Below, in pieces: positions 24,901 to 34,800 of a stretch of DNA of 64,000 bases. The notes under the pieces were generated by a model. That model was not told the DNA's origin. It ran no database searches and saw only the letters and a program-made list of their open reading frames with translations. The DNA comes from Lytechinus pictus (lineage: Eukaryota). The stretch lies in NCBI RefSeq assembly GCF_037042905.1, contig NC_087256.1, positions 1,364,001-1,428,000 on the forward strand. Direction: 5' to 3'. Numbering within the stretch: the stretch's first letter is position 1; every line of letters begins with the position of its first letter. The translations under genes and the position numbers were made by a program.

Positions 24901-27343
24901 TCAAATAATACTTCATGAATGAGTTGTTAAAAGAGAACGAGAGAACTTAGTTGATTCAAGATAACTTGAATGAAGCAGAGTGGAAGAGAGGAGAAAAACA
25001 ATTCGAGAACGTTTCTGAGTGATGGTAAATTACCAATTATCTCTGAAATATTCTCTATATGGTATTTTCATTGATGATTATATGACACCGAGGCTGTTAC
25101 TTCAACATTTAATTCCTATTTTCATGATTAACAAAAAAAAGCAACAACGAAACAACCAACAAGAAACAACGACTTCATACCAAAAAAAATCAGACCTTTC
25201 TTACATTTTCCGTCAGAACTGATCAAATTTTAAATACCCTCAGATGAAAGTTGGCATCATTCCACGAGGTTTACTCTCTACTCTCTTTTTTTTCATAACT
25301 CCCTCCGTCCCCTTCTCTCTCACCTTCTCTCTAACTCTCTGTGCGGATCGGATTGGGGAAAGTGTCTGCGTTGGCGTATTTATTACATGAGCTCCGATGC
25401 TCCCTCTCCCCCTCCCTCTCCCTCTCTCTAGTGGACAGCCAGGCGTTGGCTTGCGATGACGTATTAACAACATTATAAGTGCACGGCATTTAAGTGCTGT
25501 TAGGGCGGGGATCCATTCTAACGCTGGTAGTGATACCAACCAGCTGGGTTATGTCGGCATAGAACTATCGTAAATCACTGCCTCGCTTGACAGTGAGACC
25601 CAGACTCCCAAGGGATGAATACGATATGTGAGTAGTGCTTGGAATGCATGGGGTCAGCTAAGGACAATCAGGTCAGCTAAGGACAATATGGGTCTGTTTA
25701 TTGTGCTTGATAAACAAATAGCAAAATCCGATATTTGCTGCCGATATTTTCGACCGATACCGATCATAGGGATAAGTATGTGCCCCCGATCATCCGATCC
25801 GATCAGAGCTCTCACTTACAGGGTTATGCCAAGCATCCTACAAAATCTTCTTAGACAGTCCACGGGTGTGTCGTTGAAGAGAAATCCAGTCATCTTCATT
25901 GAGGGATTTTGATAAATAACGCACAAAATGTAATTTGTCAAGGTAGAACATGGAATACAATGTTTGTTAATTCAAAAGATTTCATGTAGCCTGAGTGATT
26001 TTTAATTAGATTAAATGAGGTGATCCCCCAATTTTTTTAAAGGGAGGGGATTGAAGACATATTGCACAATATAACATTTTAATAGAATTGGGGGCTTTGA
26101 ATATTTAAATTTGTATTAGATATAAAACTTGTCCAGAAATAAGCATTTAATGTCAACTTTCTCACTAATGTCTATACTGCTATTTCTCATTTTAACACCA
26201 CTTGTATGCTAATGCTCAGTAATCCATTTCTTTGCACCCATGGACCAATCACCCTTAAAACTTATTCTCATCTGCTTCTTGGCTTTCACCATCACTTCAT
26301 GCATGCTTCACAATCATCCTTTGCTGTCATCCTGTATGCACATCTCCCACACCTCATCTTGCTTTTACAATGTAATCTCTCTTTTTTGGTCTTGTCTTGA
26401 AATGCTTCACACATCACAATTTCCAAAAAATTCTTATTCACAAGCAGTGCTTGCTCCTCAGGAATTAAATCATCCATCCCCGTTCCCCAGAGTTACTTGA
26501 ATTAACTAAAGTTCAAGTGCTAGATTACAGAAGGAAAAATGGTCAAGATGAGTGTGCCCGATGGTTACATTCTATTTATTTGAGCAAATGGGGGCGAGCG
26601 TCGCGTAACGTTGGGGAAGTACAATAAGAAACAAGATGGCGGCGTAAACATCGGGCAAGTCTCTTCCGTCTTTTCACAATATTTTTCTCATTTCGTTGAT
26701 GAATTCTTGTTTAAAAATAACGAGAGCGTAGAAATGTCGGAAATGAAGTTTTATACATGATTTATGGCTAGATGTTTTAGAAGGAAAGTAGAAATCTCGG
26801 GGGCGAAAGTTTCAGGGTTTTTTGCGGTACACGCAGATGAATAGGAAGGACTCATTGGCGGCGGAAGCAAAATTTTAGGGGGACTTAGGAAAAAAAATTG
26901 ACAAGCAAAAAAAAAAAAAAAAAAAAAAAAAAGGTTAGGCCTAGCCTAGGGCCTACCGTATCAACAAAAAATTATTTTAGGGGGGGTCCGTCCCCCCACC
27001 TAAAATTTAGGGGGGACACGTCCCCCACGCTTCCGCCGCCTATGGAAGGACTCCCTGGCTTCATTTAGAGTAAGCCTACGTTAGTAAATGATTTTAACTC
27101 TCAAGAAGCCGCCTGGCTAAGGCCTAGCTAGGCCATGGCTAAATCAATGCGATGGAGCTCCTGGACTCGGGCTGGAGTTAGCCCGCCCCGGCCCCGGTCC
27201 CCAGCCGCGCAGCGGCCGTAAGTAAGTGCAAAAGCCTCAGCTCGCGCTCGCAGCCGATAGAATCTCAGTCTCAGACTCAGTCTAACGTTACTACTCTCAT
27301 CTCAAGATCATTCATTTCTCTATTACTATACGTACCGAGCCAT
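12642..27343 (-). CDS. ENTPD4: Ectonucleoside triphosphate diphosphohydrolase 4/7-like (Golgi/lysosomal apyrase, GDA1/CD39 family), complete 10-exon CDS
   Basis: Exons (minus): 27343-27336, 21337-20958, 20498-20348, 19622-19459, 19076-18946 (or -18919), 16114-15942, 15337-15010, 14215-14133, 13625-13464, 12906-12642. All introns GT-AG with consistent phases; 1845 nt = 614 aa (623 with the distal donor). All five apyrase conserved regions are present (DAGSSGTR, ATAGMR, ISGKQEGVYAWIGINY, LDMGGGSAQI, WTLGA) plus N- and C-terminal TM helices. Likely co-ortholog of vertebrate ENTPD4 and ENTPD7. Confidence 0.95.
13093..13444. mobile_element. Degenerate TTAA-flanked MITE in the last ENTPD intron
   Basis: TTAA|ggtattggctagc ... 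gttagcctatgtct|TTAA with imperfect TIRs. Confidence 0.5.
13464..13625 (-). CDS. ENTPD4: ENTPD4/7 exon 9 (ACR5)
   Basis: YQCFKSAWITTVLHKGFEFP...EVQWTLGAILYRTRFLPLR; donor gtgagt. Confidence 0.95.
14133..14215 (-). CDS. ENTPD4: ENTPD4/7 exon 8
   Basis: KFCATKWTLLQEHHQKGLYSKADEHRLK; cag acceptor and gtaagt donor. Confidence 0.93.
14596..14783 (-). mobile_element. Degenerate tRNA-derived SINE
   Basis: Same family as 37484-37677 (aagaaagcatgaatgcttgtaagcaagcaaccagaggacc...ggtcctctc); abuts a truncated Harbinger-like MITE. Confidence 0.75.
15010..15337 (-). CDS. ENTPD4: ENTPD4/7 exon 7
   Basis: PFLDPCLP...GTGDY...CSLGGVYQAEINFDNSEFYGFSEYWYCMEDVLRMGG; donor gtaagt. Confidence 0.95.
15942..16114 (-). 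CDS. ENTPD4: ENTPD4/7 exon 6
   Basis: EAAAKDLMAEFNLGCDQHESDHVYRVYVTTFLGYGGNAARSRYE; donor gtgagt. Confidence 0.95.
17528..17706. mobile_element. PIF/Harbinger-like MITE
   Basis: CAG|GGGGCTGTTTCATAAAGCTG...CAGCTTTATGAAACGGCCCC|CAG. Confidence 0.88.
18946..19076 (-). CDS. ENTPD4: ENTPD4/7 exon 5 (ACR4), with a possible 27-nt extension to 18919
   Basis: RTVGVLDMGGGSAQIAYEVPQS; donors TCT|gtaagc (18946) and CAG|gtgttt (18919), both phase 0. Confidence 0.92.
19459..19622 (-). CDS. ENTPD4: ENTPD4/7 exon 4 (ACR3)
   Basis: QSQAILDDLKRDIP...EVISGKQEGVYAWIGINYVLGRFDH; donor gtgaga. Confidence 0.95.
20093..20308. mobile_element. Short interspersed repeat with degenerate (TTAGGG)-like core
   Basis: ggtgacacaacatttgctcctgcgaca...gagcaaatgtca; an inverted partial copy lies at ~30960-31088. 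Confidence 0.6.
20348..20498 (-). CDS. ENTPD4: ENTPD4/7 exon 3 (ACR2)
   Basis: GLAGLASTPSEASTYMKPLLDFAVNHIP...ETPLYILATAGMRMLPE; donor gtaggt. Not in the ORF track. Confidence 0.95.
20958..21337 (-). CDS. ENTPD4: ENTPD4/7 exon 2 (N-terminal TM helix, ACR1)
   Basis: tttttatgcag acceptor, YGVVVDAGSSGTRVFVYFW, donor CCA G|gtaagt. Confidence 0.95.
21481..25826. mobile_element. 4.35-kb non-autonomous hAT-type DNA transposon in ENTPD intron 1
   Basis: Perfect 11-bp TIR TAACCCTGTAA/TTACAGGGTTA, perfect 8-bp TSD TGCCAAGC (21473-21480, 25827-25834), clustered CCGAT/ATCGG subterminal motifs at both ends; no transposase ORF. Confidence 0.88.
23308..23545. mobile_element. Harbinger-like MITE nested in the hAT element
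   Basis: TAA|GGGAC...ccaggg..gctggaagtttg pairs with caaacttccagccccc...GTCCC|TAA. Confidence 0.65.
26626..27134 (+). repeat. Inverted repeat arm A (interrupted by a MITE)
   Basis: Aligns by eye to the reverse complement of 30408-30725 over ~310 bp. Confidence 0.85.
26853..27044. mobile_element. 192-bp hAT-type MITE
   Basis: TIR CAT(T/A)GGCGGCGGAAGC, 8-bp TSD GAAGGACT (26845-26852, 27045-27052), internal poly-A. Confidence 0.9.
27336..27343 (-). CDS. ENTPD4: ENTPD4/7 coding exon 1 (ATG GCT CG|gtacgt; M-A-R)
   Basis: 8-nt coding exon giving the phase-2 junction required by exon 2 (MAR|CPFVPLPAFWHISF), comparable to the vertebrate MGR/MAR start. Confidence 0.8.
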
Positions 27344-27736
27344 TTAAACAGATAACTTCAACCAACATTTAGCAGATGATTTATCATTTGACACAAAACA
27401 CCTCGATCTATCCCTAAGAAATTCCGCATAATTTTCTTCGTTCTTGCTAGCAGCTGCCTGAGCTGAGCTGAACCGATTAATGAGGTCGCCGACGTGTTAA
27501 CATCATACGTGTACTTTACAAGAAATTTGGCAATCAATGCCAATATTTTTTTTTCATTTACTGATTGTTACTTTTTTTATTCCATTGTAGAATAGTAAAA
27601 AATATAAATATGCAAATTTTGTATTTTTTTAATACTAAATTGGGTTTTTTTATTTTAAAGGTGATTTTTATTTCTTATTTCACTTTCAGATCTTACGATT
27701 TCAATGCTGCCAATTTGTATTGACAAATTTGTCAAG
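27344..27736. promoter_or_regulatory. Putative bidirectional promoter / 5'UTR interval between ENTPD4/7 and BNIP1
   Basis: Divergent start codons 393 bp apart; CpG-richer than the flanks, with a GC-box-like stretch (gcccgccccggcccc) at 27181-27200. TSS positions cannot be determined from sequence. Confidence 0.65.
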
Positions 27737-27817
27737 ATGGCTTTAGACGCTGTGAGAATTAGAACTTGCGTTCAGGAAATCGTCAAACATGACTTACAGA
27801 TCAATTCATATGCTCAG
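27737..27817 (+). CDS. BNIP1: BNIP1 coding exon 1
   Basis: aagATGG start, MALDAVRIRTCVQEIVKHDLQINSYAQ, donor CAG|gtaagt. Confidence 0.92.
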
Positions 27818-30800
27818 GTAAGTTCACGTACTAAAATCAATCGTTGATTTCTACGATTATTTGATGAAAATTATATTTTATCCCTAATTTTCTACATCGT
27901 ACAATTAAGTTTATAATATTGCTATGCGATTCTGTGCGACTGTTTTTTAAACAGTCCCACATACCCAGCTCTGCGCTAGTAACTCTCCGAAGAATTGACA
28001 ATGTCACTACTCACGTTAATTATGCGTGTCTATGTATGTTAGTGTTACAGTCTTGTAGTAGAGTCAGGTATTGTATTACCGGACACTGCACTATTATGAT
28101 TCTGGACGCGCATATTACTGTGTACGAAAACAATTTCGTCCCGCAAGATTTACGCAGTTCAATTTCACAGAGCAATTGACATTTGATTTTGATTTGTTAA
28201 TGTTAGAATTAAGTTATAATATAAGTAAGTTAGATTGAGAACAAGATTGCAAAAAAGCCAAAAACATTAATGGCGAAAAAATCAAATATTATCTTTTAAA
28301 TTAAATGACAGAAAATGCTTAAAATATCATATGTCAAAGTTTTGCATTAACAATTGATATATTTTCTGGTGGAAATATGGGCATGATTTGCTGAATTTCA
28401 ATCTTGTCCGCTCCTTCGATCGAATTGTGGTGTGGTGTATTGTGGGTGATCTTCGATGGCTAGCTAGTTCTCAAGGTACCCGTGTGCGAGGTTTACCGAC
28501 GATCGACAGTGCATGATGTGCATCGATAGAACTTGATGAGTGTCACAATACGAACAAGCATAATATCGGAAAGTGCCATGCAGTTAAAAAGAACAAAAAA
28601 AATCAAATTAGTTAGCAAACGCAAATTTATTACCAACATCTGCTCAGATTCGATATAAAAAAAGCAAACAAAAACTAAGAATTTACTCATGATATGATAT
28701 ATGAAGAAAAAATCACACAAATTCTTTCTTACATCATTCTAATCAAGAATACTGACAAGAGTTCCATATGCACCCCTCACTAAAAAAGTAAAATTGAAAA
28801 TAAAAACATGGAGAAGGTTCAGAATAATATATCTAGCCCTAATATAGAACATATATGATGGGGGAGTGGAAATACATACCAAATTTTTGGTTTATTCTGT
28901 CAAATTTCGAGCAGGATCTAGTGTGTGTAATTGTCCATAGACATCATTGGTTTATTTAGTCAGTAAAGGGTCTGTGAGTCAAGACTAGTTGAACTATTGG
29001 CTGATAATCATTAAAATACCCCTTCCGGTATCAGCACTTCTCGCCAGCATAGCGGGAAGAGGTCTTGACTGCAGATAAAACGAGGTGAGTTCGAGTCCCT
29101 ACTAAGGTAAGCAGCAGTAAAAAAAATGATAGAAAAATCTGAAGTGAACGAACCGGAAGTCTCAACAATCTTTTGTTATTTTTGGTGGGGGTGCATATGG
29201 AATTCTTTCCAGAATATCTTTACCCATCCTACGCAGGCTTGGTCCTACGTACACACGTCCGGAATCATGATGTAATTTGTCGCATAAATAATTGTTTTTC
29301 GTGGAGGGGTATGCGGCAAGTGCGATGCAAAGAAAACAGTTGGTAAATATAAAATAATTTCATCATATGCATAATTTTCATAATATTTGGAATAGCATTT
29401 TTGTGCAAATTTTTCTTGATTGTATTTCCTCTAGTTGTCATTTTTAAAGCACTGAAATAAAGTTGTCCGGCAATAGGATACATTGCCATACTTGTAACTT
29501 AGATTCCCTTCCTCCGAGGTGTGGAGATCGGTGGAGAACCGCAGTTTGTTGAGATTTTGAAGCTTCTAATTGGGCCTGTCCGGTCGATGATGCTGGACAA
29601 GGACAGGTGAATAGTTCACGACAACCAGTAGGCCTACAGTACTTTAGTACTAGAGCTGGCGCACGGCCAATATTGGAGACTCTCTCCAATATGAAAGACA
29701 ATCTTCCATATTCAATATGATATTGCAGACTTGCTTTTCAAAAGAACAAACGAAACACCACCAAAACGTGTAATTTTTCCACCCAAAATTTTGTCTCCCT
29801 GAGTCTGAGGTCAGAAGCCAATTTGTTTTGTGTGTGGATGACAACAAAAATCCTCATCAAAACAACAGTAGACTGAATTTTTTAAAGTAGACGGTGAAAA
29901 GGGGTAATTTTTCATGAGGAATCTGCTTGTCATATTTTTATTTGCCGCCAAGGTAATCCTTTTGCAGCAAATGTAAACATGAATCTTATCTTAAAGATAC
30001 ATGATATTTATCGGCCAATACAATTTACAAGTATTTTTTAAATCTAAGTTAGCACTGCTCATGATATTTTCGCCCTCTATACGCTTCTTGTAGCTAGGCT
30101 ACGATAACAAAGACGGCAAGGTGGCTACAATAACAGACTGAGTAAACGCTCCTCTACTTTTAATATTTTGATTCATTATATATGTGTAATATTAGTTAAA
30201 GATATAACTATTTTGCGCCAACAGGATTCAAATGATATTGTAGCCCATTTCCATAAGTTTGGGCTCAAAAGCCTAAAGAAACAAGTATTTTGGAACAACA
30301 TTATTGTCTCCAAAATACTTGGTGCGCGTAGAGCAATGGCATCCCGTCCCTGGCTCCGTGGAGATTAAGCACGTCAGTGATATGACATTAATCTCCAGGA
30401 GCCTCCTGGCTAGGTAGGCCTAGCTTGCCAGGAGGCTCCTAGAGAGTAAAAACAATGTACTAACGTATGCTTACTCTCCACTGAGTCAGGGATTGCGTCT
30501 CATTCATGTGCGTGTACCGCGAAAAAAATGAAACTTTTGCCCTTAGATTTCTACTTTCCTTCTAAAAGATCTAGCCCTAAATCATGTAAATGGGATACAA
30601 CTTCATTTCCGACATTTCTACGATATTGATATCATTTTTGAACAAGAATTCATTTAAAAAATGAGAAAAATATGAAAAGACGGGGAAAACTTGCCACAAT
30701 GTTTATGTCGCCATCTTGTTTTCTTTGTTTTTTTCCAAGGCTACAGCACACATATTGCGATATGCGTGCTGTAGCCTTGGCGAAAAACATGTTGGCCGGT

Positions 30801-33800
30801 GCAAAACTGCATTAGTGCCGAACTCTGTACAGTCCAAGTGGAATTCATATAGGGTCTATACCCTGGCCATGAATAATCTTAAATGTTTTTGGATCATTTT
30901 CTACTCTATTCCTCAGAAACAGAATCAGACCTCCTTAAAAAATCGATAGACCAAATTCAACCCTGGGCTTAACACTTTACCCTACCCTAAACCTAACATA
31001 AAATCCTATTGCAACTCTAACCTTGCAGTTGCATCTTAGACGAAATTAAGCCCGGAGCAATTTTCACAGGAGCAAATGTTGTGCCACCATTATAATTATT
31101 CTTTTTATTTCAGGAGCTGAGGAGTAATTGCAAGACCATGGAGATTCTAGACAATATCAATGTGAAAATCAAAGCAGAGACTGCCATATGTAAACAAAGA
31201 ATAGAGGTAAGATTTGAGAGCAGGTTGGTATCACGAAGGAAATTAATTTAAAGAGTTAGATATCAAATCAATCAATATTTTTTTGTCATATAGAACTCAG
31301 GTTGGTCATAAGTTTTCACGTGATCAATATCCCACAATGTCTTCTGTGACTTTTGTCCTTGGACATTGTGACTCCAAACTTTAATCAGATCATTATCACT
31401 CCTATACATACTTGACCTAAATTTGATGTTGATCTGTGAAACAGTTTGTTAATAATAATGACTGAGAATGTAAAATAGGAAAGATAAACTGACAGATGAC
31501 CCCAAAACAATGCCTATGGTGGGCGAAGGCATGAAAATCAAACAAGCCTAGCAATGAAAATTCAATTCAAATTTAATGTGAAATATGAAAGTTATGGCAT
31601 TTGAAAGTTTTTGCCATTTCATAACACAGTTATATGCACACCAGGCCAGAGTAGCAATCACACCCTCACATTTTTCTTTGTATTTTTACTGGAGATATTA
31701 AATTCTTAGCTCCTTTAATGGAAATCGTAGTTTCACTCTACCCTGAAAATATAGGAAAATCTGCATTTTTGTAATTTAATATTTATTTAATCAAGAATTT
31801 CTTTCTCATCAAATCAACCAACTATTGAAATTATGATATTTCATGATAATATAAAATAAATAATGAGGATATGACCTCATTAGTTCTATCATTTTCATAC
31901 GGACTAGAATGTGCATATAATTGCTTGGGAAATTAAGTGGAAATTTGAATGTCAAAACTAATTTATTTACATCTGATTTTAATTTAAAAATTTTGTGTAA
32001 TCCTTGCTTGATTTTCTGCATTTGTTCAATTCATCTCACTTTAGTTGTAAAAAGGAGAGTAATACTAATATATCTTTGATAGTTTGTTTGAAAATTCATT
32101 GCATTTTGTTTGATAATATTTTAATATAAGGAGCTAGAGAAGATTGGCAAAGAGCAAGATAAAGAAACTGACAGAATAGGACTACTCAAGGAAGCAGATC
32201 ATTACAGAAAACAACTCAGAAAGTAAGTTTTGAATATTACTGTATAGGCCTGTATAAGTTCATAATGGAAATATAAGAATTATAATTACCTGTAATTCTG
32301 TATTTGTAATTATCACACAGGTATTACTATGCCCAAGTCCAATATTTTGGGACTACAGAAATTTATCAACTTTTTCATAGAAATTTTATTTAGGTTTAGT
32401 GGAGATATGGATTAATCTGGTTTAGAAAATTGATTTGAATGAGACAATCCTACATTTTGAAGGTCATCTTAAGCTAGGTTTAATGTATGAATTAACTTTG
32501 GAAAGCACATATGAATTAATGAGCAGTCAATATATACTATTTATTATCTGATTTCTGTCAGCACCCAGACTGCGATAAGGCAAGCCAACCTTCGCTGCAA
32601 GATGGAGATTGATAGAAACCAAAGAAATGATCTGATGAAAGGACAAGAAGATCCAGAAGTCAGAAAAAGGTAAGGTTTCTTGTATGACTTTTCAAACAAT
32701 TTGATAGAGGAAGAGTAAGAATTGTATATTTTACCAGGACTTAGCTATCTTTTGAAAGCAAAGCTGATGAAAGTATCATGTAACTGTATATCAAACAGGA
32801 TGTGATAGTTTGTCTCACCATCCCATTTCAAGAGGTGAATAACTGTATGTTTATTGTAAAGAAAACAATGTTTTTATTTCTCTACAAGAAATATTTTTGG
32901 TATGAATATTAAGGCTTCCTGAAGAAAACACACACTAAAGTCTGCTAGCATGTATATAAACTGCATGCTTATATCTAAATCTTGCTCATTCAAGTTAATT
33001 GTGGTTACATCACAAAGGAATTTCACTGCCACTGCATGTGAAAGAAACAAATGGAGGAATTTGGAACAAAAAAATGAGGGCCAATGCACCCTTTCTTTGT
33101 GTGTACTCAAAATAATTGATAGTGCCTCGATGAGCCGAAGTGATTAAGCAAATTCCAAAAGCTCCATCACTGCAAGTGATGGCAACTACACTTTATCACA
33201 TTCATAACTAAGCTATTCGTATTACAATTTTTAGAATGTGGTATATAATGTACAGACAATGTATGCTACCAAGTGCACTAGATAGGGAGAAATTCTTGCT
33301 TCTTATGCCTTAAATACTACGGTGCATTGCACTTTCATTCAGTTCACAGTGCAAGGTCTCTTTCCATCTAAGAGAATGCAGTTGGGTTACAGTTGCATTG
33401 CCAGTGCCTTTTACCTAGAAAATACAAATATTGAATGTTTATGAGTGCAATGGACAGAATACTTCATTGCACGAATGAAGGAACATTTATTATTTGGTTT
33501 ATATGACACTTCAAAGTAGATTATTTTTCATAGGAAATTTATCAGTTTCTATGCAATATATGATCATGCAGTGCGAGCTCGGTCTGTTGAATGTTGTGTA
33601 TGTCGCTTACAATGCCCGCGTCGCGTGCAATGGACAAAATTGTATGGATCCAAAATTGCACGATGAATGGATCCTAAATTGCACGGTCGATGACGTCATT
33701 TTAAAATGGTCCGAATGATCGATATCAAACAACCAATCAAATGCCAAGGATCTATCTAGGTGTCATATAATTAATTCTATGTATCTTCTGCTTTTATCTA

Positions 33801-34800
33801 TTTAGGAAAAATAAGGAAGACCTAGCTAAAACAGCAAGTAGTATTACAGAAAGTCTTCAGAGTCTGAATCGTATGATGGCAGACAATGTGGAAAGGAGTA
33901 GCCTAACAAACCAAACATTAGGTCAGTATAATCATCCTTCTTGAATTTTTCTGAGATACCATATTTAGTTTTGCACTAGACTAGTTTACTACTGTGTTCG
34001 ATATTGAATGGACATTTCTTTCCAGGAGATCTACTTCTGTTGATATTTTATTAGTATTTCATTAACCCACTTTTGGCTGAATTCTGAAATTCCCATAGAC
34101 TTTGTACTAGGACCACCTAATTTCAGTAGGCAATGACTTATTTCTGGATAAACTAAACAATACCCAGTCTGCATGCACATCTTGATGTTTCCTTTGTAAT
34201 GTTACTCTGAATCTATTTTAAATTGCAAAATGGATACAATGAAATCTTTTTGGTATCATGGGCAAATTCCTTCAATCTCTGTAGAACCATCATTTCCTAA
34301 AGAATGTATGCCAGAAAAAAACTTTTTTCAGAGATAGATATTACAATCATTAAAAATGATCAATATCACATTTGACACTGATGTGGTGAGAATAAATTCT
34401 ATTCTTTGATTTGAGACCAAATACTCAACAGATGATCCATGATTGGCAGATTACAAACAATAATAAACAAGAGGCTCATCTAAAACAATATGCTGAAATA
34501 CACCAACTGTTTTTGGTGCATCAGTTAAAAAAAAAAAATAGGAACAACAATCAGGAGTAAATTCAGACTTATAACAGGTCTCTACTCTCCTCCTTTGCAT
34601 TTTTATCTACAGTGACATCATCAAATAGAATCCAGGAAACAAATGAAGAATTCAAAGGAATGGCAGGAGTCATTCAGACCAGCCGAAATCTCCTCACTAA
34701 ATACGGACGTCGGGAAATGACGGACAAGTTGCTCATATTCCTTGCCCTAGCCCTCTTTCTTGCCACAGTGATATACATTCTAAAGAAAAGGATATTCTGA
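27737..34800 (+). CDS. BNIP1: Vesicle transport protein SEC20 / BNIP1 (ER Qb-SNARE), complete 6-exon CDS
   Basis: Exons 27737-27817, 31114-31206, 32131-32222, 32562-32669, 33806-33921, 34613-34800. GT-AG introns, phases consistent, 678 nt = 225 aa. N-terminus MALDAVRIRTCVQEIVKHDLQI; Sec20 domain; C-terminal anchor LLTKYGRREMTDKLLIFLALALFLATVIYILKKRIF. Confidence 0.95.
28759..29205. mobile_element. Non-autonomous TIR element (GAG terminus, possibly Sola-like)
   Basis: GAGTTCCATATGCACCCC ... GGGGTGCATATGGAATTC. Confidence 0.7.
30408..30725 (-). repeat. Inverted repeat arm B
   Basis: Reverse complement reads aacaagatggcgacataaaca...cgtagaaatgtcggaaatgaagtt...ttttagaaggaaagtagaaatct...gcggtacacgca, as in arm A. 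Confidence 0.85.
31114..31206 (+). CDS. BNIP1: BNIP1 exon 2
   Basis: tttttatttcag acceptor; ELRSNCKTMEILDNINVKIKAETAICKQRIE; donor gtaaga. Confidence 0.9.
32131..32222 (+). CDS. BNIP1: BNIP1 exon 3
   Basis: ELEKIGKEQDKETDRIGLLKEADHYRKQLR; donor gtaagt. Confidence 0.92.
32562..32669 (+). CDS. BNIP1: BNIP1 exon 4
   Basis: TQTAIRQANLRCKMEIDRNQRNDLMKGQEDPEVRKR; donor gtaagg. Confidence 0.92.
33499..33770. mobile_element. Short unclassified element with terminal inverted repeats
   Basis: TTATATGACAC...GTGTCATATAA, CpG-rich interior; ends 35 bp before BNIP1 exon 5. Confidence 0.6.
33806..33921 (+). CDS. BNIP1: BNIP1 exon 5
   Basis: KNKEDLAKTASSITESLQSLNRMMADNVERSSLTNQTL; donor gtcagt. Confidence 0.93.
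34613..34800 (+). CDS. BNIP1: BNIP1 last coding exon (SNARE C-terminus and TM anchor)
   Basis: VTSSNRIQETNEEFKGMAGVIQTSRNLLTKYGRREMTDKLLIFLALALFLATVIYILKKRIF*. Confidence 0.95.
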
